The notes under the pieces are model-generated. The model was given only the letters and a program-made list of their open reading frames with translations, did not search any database and was not told the origin of the DNA. A DNA stretch of 64,000 nucleotides from Klebsiella phage vB_KpM_FBKp24. A program made the position numbers and the translations under genes. The first letter of the stretch is position 1, and every line of letters begins with the position of its first letter. Below, one piece after another: positions 8,990 to 16,275 of the stretch. The stretch is from the sequence record MW394391.1. The stretch is one strand, 5' to 3'.

Positions 8990-9151
8990 TTTGTGCTCGC
9001 TCGTTGATAGTTGAGAAAAATGGAAATATAACCTGCGCTATGAATATTGAGGTTATCGCCGAACATAGCGCGATAAAGGGGATAACTGTCTCCCAGTATC
9101 CTCTTTATTTTACGTTGCGTACGACGTTGATGGGTCATGTATCTATTCTCC
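8990..9151 (-). promoter_or_regulatory. 160-nt pnuC leader / nadR-pnuC intergenic region with inverted repeat GCGCTATG...CATAGCGC
   Basis: longest non-coding gap in the left arm; 8-bp inverted repeat 9036-9072; AT-rich TTATATTTCC element on coding strand. Confidence 0.25.
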
Positions 9152-10366
9152 TCAATCAGAAGACTTATGGTGACAGCGATCTTCGACACTATCTACCATC
9201 GCCTGAATCAAAGTAGTAATCGATCCGTCAGAAGGCGCGGTTTGGAACTTACCGGGCTCATCTTTCCGTACTGCGTCCCACCCCAGGAACCCTTCGTTAA
9301 ATGCCAGTAATTGATCTACGGCCGCACGGGCTTGATCTAAACGGCCTTTGTACGAGTCGCCAGTAATAAATACCGTACGCCCCCGAGGAGTTTGGTTTTT
9401 AAACTCCAGGAGCATTTGTTGGAATAACCCGTCAGTTTTCTCTCGATCCGGATTTAAACGCAAGCCGTCATCGACCCACGGGACTTCAGGAGACAGTATC
9501 AGAACGAGGTCGTAGTGTTCTTCGGCTGCGATGGCGGAGACGATAGGGTTAGGTTTACCTTCGTACAGACGATGGTAATACTCCGTGACGAAAGCGTTAG
9601 TATCGACGAAACAAAGTCGATTAGAGGTTCGTAACGCTTCCTCCTCCAACTCTTTGTGACGATACGCAATCAACGGGTAGTCAGAACTACGCAGTGTTAA
9701 CTCAGAGCCCGCTAAGACGGTTTCACAGTACGTACGGCCGTACTCTTCTACCCAGCTGGTGTTGTAGAGTTTAGCGAGGTTCTTGACGAGATTTGATTTA
9801 CCCGCGCTCTCGACACCCATGACGACAACCCGCAGACAATAGTCCTTACGGACAATACTGGGGAGATATTCCCAGTTGGCGTAAAGGTTATCACGTACTT
9901 TAGTGGCCGAGATAGGAACACGAGTACGTTCACTGTCAACGATGACGTGCTCAACAAAACCGAGGTGAGTTTTGTATTTCTCATCGTAATCCAGTTCGCT
10001 ACTGAAGATTGCGATAGATTGAGCTTGGCTGTGTTTAGCAGCCAGTTTCCCGGCCTCGCTGAAAATCTTTGCCCCTAATAAAGCGGCGTATTCCTGCCAG
10101 CCGTTAGGATATTCCGGCACCGAAGCTTCGTCGATGAAATCGATCGTAACGTGTTCGGTATCGGCGTAGGTTTGTTGCAACCAGCGCAGACGGTTTTTGA
10201 AGTTCAACACCTGCTGATCGCGGGGAGATTGTTTGTCCAACCAACGTTGGTCGTGAGATAATACCACGAGGACGTGTTTCGATTGGACAGCAGCTTCTGT
10301 AATTAGGTTGATGTGCCCCAAAGTCAGGGGTGCAAACTTACCGATGACGACGCCTAAATCAAACAT
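9152..10366 (-). CDS. nadR: NadR-like bifunctional NMN adenylyltransferase / ribosylnicotinamide kinase (no HTH domain)
   Basis: GKFAPLTLGH (H/T)xGH nucleotidyltransferase motif at residue 9; RLRWLQQTY; WEYLP...VVVMGVESAGKSNLV Walker A of RNK domain; collinear with recalled E. coli NadR residues ~60-410. Confidence 0.85.
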   Translation of the reverse strand: MFDLGVVIGKFAPLTLGHINLITEAAVQSKHVLVVLSHDQRWLDKQSPRDQQVLNFKNRLRWLQQTYADTEHVTIDFIDEASVPEYPNGWQEYAALLGAKIFSEAGKLAAKHSQAQSIAIFSSELDYDEKYKTHLGFVEHVIVDSERTRVPISATKVRDNLYANWEYLPSIVRKDYCLRVVVMGVESAGKSNLVKNLAKLYNTSWVEEYGRTYCETVLAGSELTLRSSDYPLIAYRHKELEEEALRTSNRLCFVDTNAFVTEYYHRLYEGKPNPIVSAIAAEEHYDLVLILSPEVPWVDDGLRLNPDREKTDGLFQQMLLEFKNQTPRGRTVFITGDSYKGRLDQARAAVDQLLAFNEGFLGWDAVRKDEPGKFQTAPSDGSITTLIQAMVDSVEDRCHHKSSD

Positions 10367-10385
10367 TGACTTTCACCTCTTAAAC

Positions 10386-10697
10386 TCAAGCGAAATGATG
10401 ATACAAACGATGTAAGTGGTAACCTTTGTAGTTCATCGCGGTGAAGCCTTGTTCGTTCTTTACCACGACTTTGGCTGCGTAATCCTCCATCAAAAGGAAA
10501 TCGCGCCCTGACTTAGAAAGAATATCTCCATCATAAACCGGACCATCAACAATCAACTGATTCATGGTGCCGATGACATGCCCGACATCTTTGCGTTCGA
10601 GTAACATCGTCACGGTTTTCTCTAACTCGGCCGCGTACGCCAGATCGCTTTCTTCTTCGTTATCAAGATTGCAGATTTCGATAATGGTGTTCAACAT
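10386..10697 (-). CDS. hypothetical protein (103 aa)
   Basis: ORF track. Confidence 0.5.
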   Translation of the reverse strand: MLNTIIEICNLDNEEESDLAYAAELEKTVTMLLERKDVGHVIGTMNQLIVDGPVYDGDILSKSGRDFLLMEDYAAKVVVKNEQGFTAMNYKGYHLHRLYHHFA

Positions 10698-10709
10698 TTT
10701 CTTTTCCTC

Positions 10710-11105
10710 TTATTCTTCAGTCCAGGGATGAATTTCCCAGTTACGTACTTTATACTTACGATTCTCAAATTGTCGGCTACGAATGTAAACATCGACCTTG
10801 AGGCTGGTTGCGGTTGGCACTAAAAATATAACGAGATGCGCAGGTTCATTTTGATAAACTTCCGCAATTGAAACAAACGCAGAGAAAGGGAGCGATTGCT
10901 TTTCTGCACGCCGGAAGTTATCGTACAGTAGTCGCACTGCGCGGCGAGCGAACAGTTGATCATGGTACCAGCTATGCCGAATACTTTTCCTTCCTGTCTT
11001 TAATTTCAAAAAGAACAGGCGTTTTTCCGCCCAAGGTAAAAGATAACCTACTCCCGTGAGTGCACCTGACCAGAACACCCACGATAGCGTTTTAAATAAA
11101 CCCAT
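10710..11105 (-). CDS. hypothetical protein with N-terminal TM (131 aa)
   Basis: ORF track; WVFWSGALTGVGYLL hydrophobic N-terminus. Confidence 0.45.
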   Translation of the reverse strand: MGLFKTLSWVFWSGALTGVGYLLPWAEKRLFFLKLKTGRKSIRHSWYHDQLFARRAVRLLYDNFRRAEKQSLPFSAFVSIAEVYQNEPAHLVIFLVPTATSLKVDVYIRSRQFENRKYKVRNWEIHPWTEE

Positions 11106-11113
11106 AATTCTCC

Positions 11114-11347
11114 TTAATTAACGGGCGGTTTCTTGAAAGGATTATAGATATTCAGATACCAGATTAACCCCACGAAGATACCGATACAGATAAAAGGCCA
11201 TGCGATACCGATCGTCAGCACCTTCCACATTTTCATCCGTAAAACTACCCGACGATATTTTGGATTAACAATAGGTTTCCAAACGATCATCAGGAAAACC
11301 GCCAACCAAATAGCGCCGCCAGAAAAAGCGAGTATTGCGAGGTCCAT
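11114..11347 (-). CDS. small membrane protein (77 aa, 2 TM)
   Basis: LAILAFSGGAIWLAVFLMIVW and VLTIGIAWPFICIGIFVGLIWYL. Confidence 0.45.
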   Translation of the reverse strand: MDLAILAFSGGAIWLAVFLMIVWKPIVNPKYRRVVLRMKMWKVLTIGIAWPFICIGIFVGLIWYLNIYNPFKKPPVN

Positions 11348-11356
11348 TTTCTCCTC

Positions 11357-11917
11357 CTAAAATGTATTGTTATTTGACGTCCAGTTTTTGTCTTCTGGGA
11401 ATTCAACGCCAACAAAAACTTCACTGACTAATGCTGGGATTATTTTAATTAAATCTTTTTCAATATTTTCCCAATGGGCGCAGTGTATAGCATGAAGTTT
11501 TTTGTAAGCAAGGCCACCCGAATTTGTCTTGATAATATTCAGTTCTTCTACTAAATCCCTGATCGGACAAATGTCGAACCATCCCTTTTTCGCACAGCGG
11601 TCAAACTCAAGTATTTCTTTTCGCGCTATGGTCCTTCTAAAGATATCGTCGCCTGGATCTGGCCAAGAAATGGCGCGGGTAATGGGGTGAAGATCGCGGA
11701 AAGTATCGATTGTTTTAAGGAAGAGTTCCTGGGATTTGTTCTTCCTGTTATTGACCCCTTGAAATGCGTTAATCGGTTTTTCGTCGTATTGAAGTAATGC
11801 GACTTGGTTGACCGGTTCTGTTTGTTCAGTCACCGGGCGAGAATTTACCGGGGGCGCAAGAAACAACTCCTTATCTTTTCCCGTTGCGATAACCACACCA
11901 AAAATTTTAATTAGCAT
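11357..11917 (-). CDS. hypothetical protein (186 aa)
   Basis: ORF track. Confidence 0.5.
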   Translation of the reverse strand: MLIKIFGVVIATGKDKELFLAPPVNSRPVTEQTEPVNQVALLQYDEKPINAFQGVNNRKNKSQELFLKTIDTFRDLHPITRAISWPDPGDDIFRRTIARKEILEFDRCAKKGWFDICPIRDLVEELNIIKTNSGGLAYKKLHAIHCAHWENIEKDLIKIIPALVSEVFVGVEFPEDKNWTSNNNTF

Positions 11918-12307
11918 TTATAACCCCTTTACTGAGAATTGCTTTAAACCATGACGATAATGAACCCGACTCTTAAGTCTACCACCCAAATCAACACATC
12001 GACGAAAACGTGCGTTTAACAGCGCCCTTCCGCAACGCCTCCCGCCAAAAAACTGAAATCCGGAATCAATCCCGTCAATATACTGTTTACCGATTTTAAT
12101 CAGAAACAAATGGTTTTTAGTAATCGAACTTCGTTTCAGTAAAGACCTTTGCTGCTTTAAACATTTCTTCAATGCCATATTTCCCTCCTTATTCCAAGGA
12201 ATTATAGAGCTTCTTACAGATTGCAAAGAATACCCTGAGAATAGCGCCGGAGATATACCACGCGCCGCCGTAACAAACAATGACAAAAATAAGAATTTTC
12301 CATTCAA
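11918..12307 (-). CDS. questionable ORF (R/G/K-rich, TTG start); region may instead hold smaller genes
   Basis: low-complexity basic translation typical of an off-frame read. Confidence 0.2.
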   Translation of the reverse strand: MNGKFLFLSLFVTAARGISPALFSGYSLQSVRSSIIPWNKEGNMALKKCLKQQRSLLKRSSITKNHLFLIKIGKQYIDGIDSGFQFFGGRRCGRALLNARFRRCVDLGGRLKSRVHYRHGLKQFSVKGL

Positions 12308-12314
12308 CGGGCAT
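12189..12314 (-). CDS. candidate 41-aa single-TM peptide (MPVEWKILIFVIVCYGGAWYISGAILRVFFAICKKLYNSLE)
   Basis: ATG at 12314 preceded by GGAGGTG RBS (6-nt spacer); not in ORF track (short). Confidence 0.3.
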   Translation of the reverse strand: MPVEWKILIFVIVCYGGAWYISGAILRVFFAICKKLYNSLE

Positions 12315-12347
12315 ATTACACCTCCGGTATTTAAGAAATAAAATAAA

Positions 12348-12375
12348 GAGAGGGAGGGAATTTTCCCTCCCTCTC
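12348..12375 (-). terminator. terminator hairpin gagagggaggg-loop-ccctccctctc
   Basis: 11-bp stem directly after stop of 12379..13014, T/A-rich trailing sequence. Confidence 0.55.
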
Positions 12376-12378
12376 CGG

Positions 12379-13014
12379 TCAGTATAAGTTTTCTGAGTAC
12401 AACTCGTCGTTAATGATAACAACATCGGGGCGCGTTGCGTTAATCTGCCCAGCGTGTTTCGCGATGATAAAGGCGTCTTCGCGATTCCAATAACGATCCC
12501 ATTGGTCGATAAAGCCTTGTCCTTCACCGTGCGGGAATTTAATCTCCGGTTCACCTGCTAGTTTCCGCAGACGCTTTATTTCGTCACCGATAAGGTGTTG
12601 AAGATTACTACCGTGGCGAGCGGAAGGGATAACGAGTTTTTCAACAGGTTTCATTCCACGTCCTTCCTGTAGAACTTCCCGCGTATTTACCTCACCCCAG
12701 ACATTAGCGGCAGAGACAATCCGAACCTGAACAAAAACCCCGGGTGAAGGTTCATGGACGCAGATCGCAGGAAGAGCAGATCTTTGTTCTTCCGATAGTA
12801 CCTCATTACCAGAATAACCTTTCTCTTTACGGAAATGAGATTCCGCAGTCTGTACTGAGGCTAGAATATCCTTTGCGAACGCTCGCGCTTCTTCGATGGT
12901 ATAATCCCGACCGTTCAGAAGCCCGCCAACATTAATGACTTTGTCCTCTTCAGTATCGTAATCGCGTACCGTTACTGAAGAGTAATCTCCCCGATGAGAA
13001 AGGTGAATGGTCAT
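12379..13014 (-). CDS. hypothetical protein (211 aa)
   Basis: ORF track. Confidence 0.5.
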   Translation of the reverse strand: MTIHLSHRGDYSSVTVRDYDTEEDKVINVGGLLNGRDYTIEEARAFAKDILASVQTAESHFRKEKGYSGNEVLSEEQRSALPAICVHEPSPGVFVQVRIVSAANVWGEVNTREVLQEGRGMKPVEKLVIPSARHGSNLQHLIGDEIKRLRKLAGEPEIKFPHGEGQGFIDQWDRYWNREDAFIIAKHAGQINATRPDVVIINDELYSENLY

Positions 13015-13304
13015 TTTTTATTTACCTCGCGGGTCAGTTGCCGAAAACTGAGTCTTTGCCCCAGTTTGATCGTACGGATGGGGAGTTCGATCGAACCGCA
13101 GGCGTTAGCCACAATCGTTCCCGTTGGTGTCCCTACGACCGCGGTGAACTCATCGGGTTCTTTTTCGATTAAGTTAGATGCGGCCAAAAAGAGTGCGTCA
13201 TTGCTCGCCATCAGGCGCAATTCGGACTCATTAATGATATCGCCGATATACGGATATTTTGTGTCCCCAATCGGCTGAGTTTTACTGACCTTTTTAGCGA
13301 TCAT
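13011..13304 (-). CDS. hypothetical protein (97 aa)
   Basis: ORF track; ATGA overlaps on both sides. Confidence 0.5.
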   Translation of the reverse strand: MIAKKVSKTQPIGDTKYPYIGDIINESELRLMASNDALFLAASNLIEKEPDEFTAVVGTPTGTIVANACGSIELPIRTIKLGQRLSFRQLTREVNKK

Positions 13305-13735
13305 TCTTTACCTCCGTCAATGACAGAGAACGGATTGGCTTTTTTCATCGGGGTAACGTTGTCCGTCGAAGTTACTGGATCAACTTCTTCTTTCCCTGTG
13401 ATCACAGGGTACGGCAGCGCTAAATTCTGGTCGCTGGTATCCGGGTTGAGGACAACGCGTACTTTATCCCATGAAAAGGTGTCGCTGGCTAATTTACCGC
13501 CGAATCGACCCTCGAAAAACAACCCTTCATCAAAAGATTGTAGCTGGCAGGAATGCGGAGAAATGTTGAGTACTAAATACTCGTACCCCTCGACGTCGGG
13601 TGTGGGTTTAATAAAGCTCCGTAAAATGGGGTTAGTACTGATACATTTACCATTAAGGGCAATAAAAATTCGGTTCCCTTGATCACAGTGCCATTTATAA
13701 GCTGCGTCGAAAAGTGCTTTGTTCAGTGAGGACAT
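13301..13735 (-). CDS. SspB-like protein (ClpXP adaptor substrate-binding domain homolog) lacking C-terminal ClpX-binding tail
   Basis: AAGGAG RBS; LVLNISPHS...EGRFGG...SVIDGGKE aligns with recalled E. coli SspB IVLNIAPRA...NARFGG...SVIDGDK; protein ends right after SVIDGG, no ...LRVVK tail. Confidence 0.5.
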   Translation of the reverse strand: MSSLNKALFDAAYKWHCDQGNRIFIALNGKCISTNPILRSFIKPTPDVEGYEYLVLNISPHSCQLQSFDEGLFFEGRFGGKLASDTFSWDKVRVVLNPDTSDQNLALPYPVITGKEEVDPVTSTDNVTPMKKANPFSVIDGGKE

Positions 13736-13759
13736 TTGATTCTCCTTGGATTGGTTTCA

Positions 13760-14251
13760 TTAGGGTGATATAGTCTTCAAAATGCTTCGAGTTTCTTCCC
13801 AGAATTGGACTAACCATTCCCCACTCTTAGGCGTCACTACTTTGACGTTGTCTTCCCAAACCCTCGCGCCCTTCTCCATTCGCCAGTCCCCAAAAACGTA
13901 GTAGTGCGTAAAGGGTAATTCTGACGCAATAAGCGCGTTGTATTGGTGGCGGTAAGCGTTGAGTTTTGCGAGATTGGCAGATTTAATAATCGAGAGAAAA
14001 TCTGGGTGCTGAATAATCTCTAATTTCTTACCGAACGCTTTGGCTTCATTCCCCCACAATCCGCGAAGGTATTGATGTTTGAAGCCTGTTTTCGCGTAGT
14101 ACCAAAACCCCTCCATACTTTCAAAGTTTCCGTATTCGGGATGCTCAAATGGCGTGCGAGGAAAATGCGAAAGAAAGAAGCCCAGTCGGTTCTTTGACTT
14201 GGAATAAATGTTGATGTGGTCGATGCCATCATTGTTTGGGTCGAAAGTCAT
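13760..14251 (-). CDS. NADAR/YbiA-like (DUF1768) domain protein
   Basis: INIYSKS...FLSHFP...FESMEGFWYYAKTGF vs recalled YbiA INFYSTS...FSNFA...TSEHYFQAQKF; start moved to ATG 14251 (AAGGTGG RBS) from ORF-track 14275. Confidence 0.45.
   Translation of the reverse strand: MTFDPNNDGIDHINIYSKSKNRLGFFLSHFPRTPFEHPEYGNFESMEGFWYYAKTGFKHQYLRGLWGNEAKAFGKKLEIIQHPDFLSIIKSANLAKLNAYRHQYNALIASELPFTHYYVFGDWRMEKGARVWEDNVKVVTPKSGEWLVQFWEETRSILKTISP
13764..13783 (-). promoter_or_regulatory. candidate early-type promoter motif (coding strand TTTTGAAGACTATATCACCC) just upstream of sspB-like gene
   Basis: third instance of CTATATCAC motif, ~25 nt upstream of ATG 13735. Confidence 0.35.
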
Positions 14252-14507
14252 CAGGTGCCACCTTATTGTACGCATAAGTTTTACGGAGGATATACTTTCT
14301 CATCGGTCCCCAATAATTATTTTCGATGCGATAGATTAAGTGTAATTGTTTGATGTTATAATCGAACCACCTCTCCGCTGTATCAAGAAATAAAAGAATA
14401 GGAGACATTAATTTACGCGCTTTAATAATTTTTCTTTTACTTGTCCACGTGACTTTAACCAAGACCTGGCTCAATAATGCATTCAAATCACTGTTGTCTA
14501 TCGCCAT
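14229..14507 (-). CDS. hypothetical basic protein (92 aa)
   Basis: ORF track; 3' end overlaps NADAR start by ~22 nt. Confidence 0.35.
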   Translation of the reverse strand: MAIDNSDLNALLSQVLVKVTWTSKRKIIKARKLMSPILLFLDTAERWFDYNIKQLHLIYRIENNYWGPMRKYILRKTYAYNKVAPDDFRPKQ

Positions 14508-14508
14508 T

Positions 14509-14736
14509 TCAGAACCCCGGGGTTGATATCCAAAACCAAACTTCTTCGTAAATACGAAAAAACGTTGGCCACAAGAGTAGAGCTGTTCCCACTACGCATA
14601 CGAGATTGATTATTTTCTTCTTTAGGGGTAATGGCCGAAATAAATCAACAATAGAGAACACCACCATAAGGGCAAAAATTAACGCAACAAAAAGTAAAAT
14701 CCACTCTCCAAAAATATTTTGCGGGTAAAGGTTCAT
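14509..14736 (-). CDS. small membrane protein (75 aa, 2 TM)
   Basis: GEWILLFVALIFALMVVFSIV and LVCVVGTALLLWPTFF. Confidence 0.4.
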   Translation of the reverse strand: MNLYPQNIFGEWILLFVALIFALMVVFSIVDLFRPLPLKKKIINLVCVVGTALLLWPTFFRIYEEVWFWISTPGF

Positions 14737-14746
14737 TTCTCTTTCC

Positions 14747-15154
14747 TTATCGCCAGTAAATGATCAGGTACCCTATTAGCGCTAGCGCTGTAATAGTAGA
14801 GGCTATGAACCTTTCATTACGCAAAAAACCACCTTTTGTTTTTACCGCTGAAAAGGGCGGTTTCCCCTCGTTGAGCCGTGTCACGATTGTCTCTACTTCG
14901 TGATAGTAGTTTTCATACCGTTCAGAGATCCCCTTCTCATCGTAGAGTAAGTCATCCATTTTATACCTTAACGGTAGAAAGTTACGTGACAGAATATAAC
15001 CGTCATTATCTTTTATTATCGCCCACTTCGGTTCAATGGAAGAACTGGTACGCGGGAACAGTTTAATATCAGGGTTTCGTTTTGTTGCGACGACATAAAA
15101 CTTAGGTTCTTTACTCTCCGTTATCTTTATATCCCCGCCAATTATTTCCACCAT
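14747..15154 (-). CDS. hypothetical protein with C-terminal TM (135 aa)
   Basis: ORF track; C-terminal ITALALIGYLIIYW. Confidence 0.45.
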   Translation of the reverse strand: MVEIIGGDIKITESKEPKFYVVATKRNPDIKLFPRTSSSIEPKWAIIKDNDGYILSRNFLPLRYKMDDLLYDEKGISERYENYYHEVETIVTRLNEGKPPFSAVKTKGGFLRNERFIASTITALALIGYLIIYWR

Positions 15155-15570
15155 ACTGTTATCCCCTGATGAATGAGAAAACCGACAGAAAAAAGAAAAC
15201 CCGCCGATAACATTCCCGCCACGACTTGTAATACCGGGTTTTGATTGAAAACTGCTTTAGCTTGATTCCATCGGGTGTTACCAAAGCCTATTTCAAAGCC
15301 AGCAATTACACGCTCATTTAAACGATTTGCTTCTTTTTCTGCACCTTCTTTAAAATGGTAAGCGAATAACTCATGGCACCCAAGCGCATCGACCATCTTT
15401 CCGTTATTTCCCGGATAGCACAAGGGAAGTTCATTGGAGGAAATAGGCGTACCGTTAATGTTCACGACAATCCAACTTCCCCGCGCTTCTGGGTGCTCAA
15501 TCACCCGAAAGAATTTTCTTTCGATATAATAAAACTGAGGGCCCGAAGGCCCTCTTTTATTTTTTGCCAA
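15142..15570 (-). CDS. hypothetical protein with C-terminal TM (142 aa)
   Basis: ORF track; C-terminal VVAGMLSAGFLFSVGFLI. Confidence 0.45.
   Translation of the reverse strand: MAKNKRGPSGPQFYYIERKFFRVIEHPEARGSWIVVNINGTPISSNELPLCYPGNNGKMVDALGCHELFAYHFKEGAEKEANRLNERVIAGFEIGFGNTRWNQAKAVFNQNPVLQVVAGMLSAGFLFSVGFLIHQGITVWWK
15537..15554 (-). terminator. short hairpin gagggcc-cgaa-ggccctc with flanking T/A runs
   Basis: between dut stop and next gene start. Confidence 0.4.
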
Positions 15571-15588
15571 AGGACAATCCCCTTTAGA

Positions 15589-16176
15589 TTACTTGACGCC
15601 AGAGGAACCCCAGCCGCTATCGCCGCGTTCAGAAGACGCGCTGAAAGACTTGACCTCTTTCAGCGCCAGATGCCATACAGGGACGACAACGAGCTGGCTG
15701 ATACGATCGCCCGGGTTGACGGTGAACGGAACGTCAGAGCGGTTCCAGAGCGGTATACCGATGGTTCCGGTGTAGTCACTGTCAATGACCCCGGTCAGGT
15801 TTCCGAGAACGATGCCGTTTTTGTACCCTAACCCAGAGCGCGGATGAGTATTCAGCATGAAGTTCGGGTTATTCAGGTGAATGGCCACACCGGAGGAGAT
15901 CATCTTACATTCGCCCGGGTTCAGTACCACTGGTGCATCGATGGCTGCGCGCAGATCGACTGCCGCAGAACCGGGGGTGGCGTAATCCAGTTTACCCCAT
16001 TCGTTTTCGTAACGCGGGTCATGGTAGATGATTTCAGCGGCAACGAAATTGCGCGGATCGAGTTCCCCGAGACGGACACGCTGGACTGCGTCGACAATGT
16101 TTTCTAATTGGGAGTGATGTACAATCCCGCCCGCGTCGGTATGAAAGTAACGCAGGACTTCATTTGGTTCAGACAT
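15589..16176 (-). CDS. dut: dUTP diphosphatase (dUTPase)
   Basis: all five dUTPase motifs: GSAAVDLRA, RSGLG, GVIDSDYTG, GDRISQLV, RGDSGWGSSG; start set to ATG 16176 (ORF-track 16212 is TTG). Confidence 0.85.
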   Translation of the reverse strand: MSEPNEVLRYFHTDAGGIVHHSQLENIVDAVQRVRLGELDPRNFVAAEIIYHDPRYENEWGKLDYATPGSAAVDLRAAIDAPVVLNPGECKMISSGVAIHLNNPNFMLNTHPRSGLGYKNGIVLGNLTGVIDSDYTGTIGIPLWNRSDVPFTVNPGDRISQLVVVPVWHLALKEVKSFSASSERGDSGWGSSGVK

Positions 16177-16244
16177 GTTAAACTCTCTTAGATTGTTGCG
16201 GTGATTATTCAAACAAAGTCTCCCTACCGTTGAAAAATATAGCC

Positions 16245-16268
16245 GGGAGAGGGAATTACCCCTCTCCC
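16245..16268 (-). terminator. terminator hairpin gggagaggg-aatta-ccctctccc after tailspike gene A
   Basis: 9-bp GC stem; separates tailspike block from dut. Confidence 0.55.
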
Positions 16269-16275
16269 TAAACTA

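Noticed and set aside
8986-9189. 67-aa basic ORF in the pnuC leader overlapping nadR 3' end
   Set aside because: Overlaps nadR by 38 nt in another frame, has no RBS, and the region looks regulatory.
12189-12554. 121-aa minus-strand ORF spanning the 12348-12375 hairpin and overlapping two neighbours
   Set aside because: Runs through an intergenic terminator hairpin and overlaps 12379..13014 in another frame. Only its last 41 codons (12189-12314), which have their own GGAGG RBS, look gene-like.
15373-15831. 152-aa plus-strand ORF
   Set aside because: Antisense to the dUTPase gene and neighbour; Arg/Pro-rich translation typical of reverse-strand artefacts.
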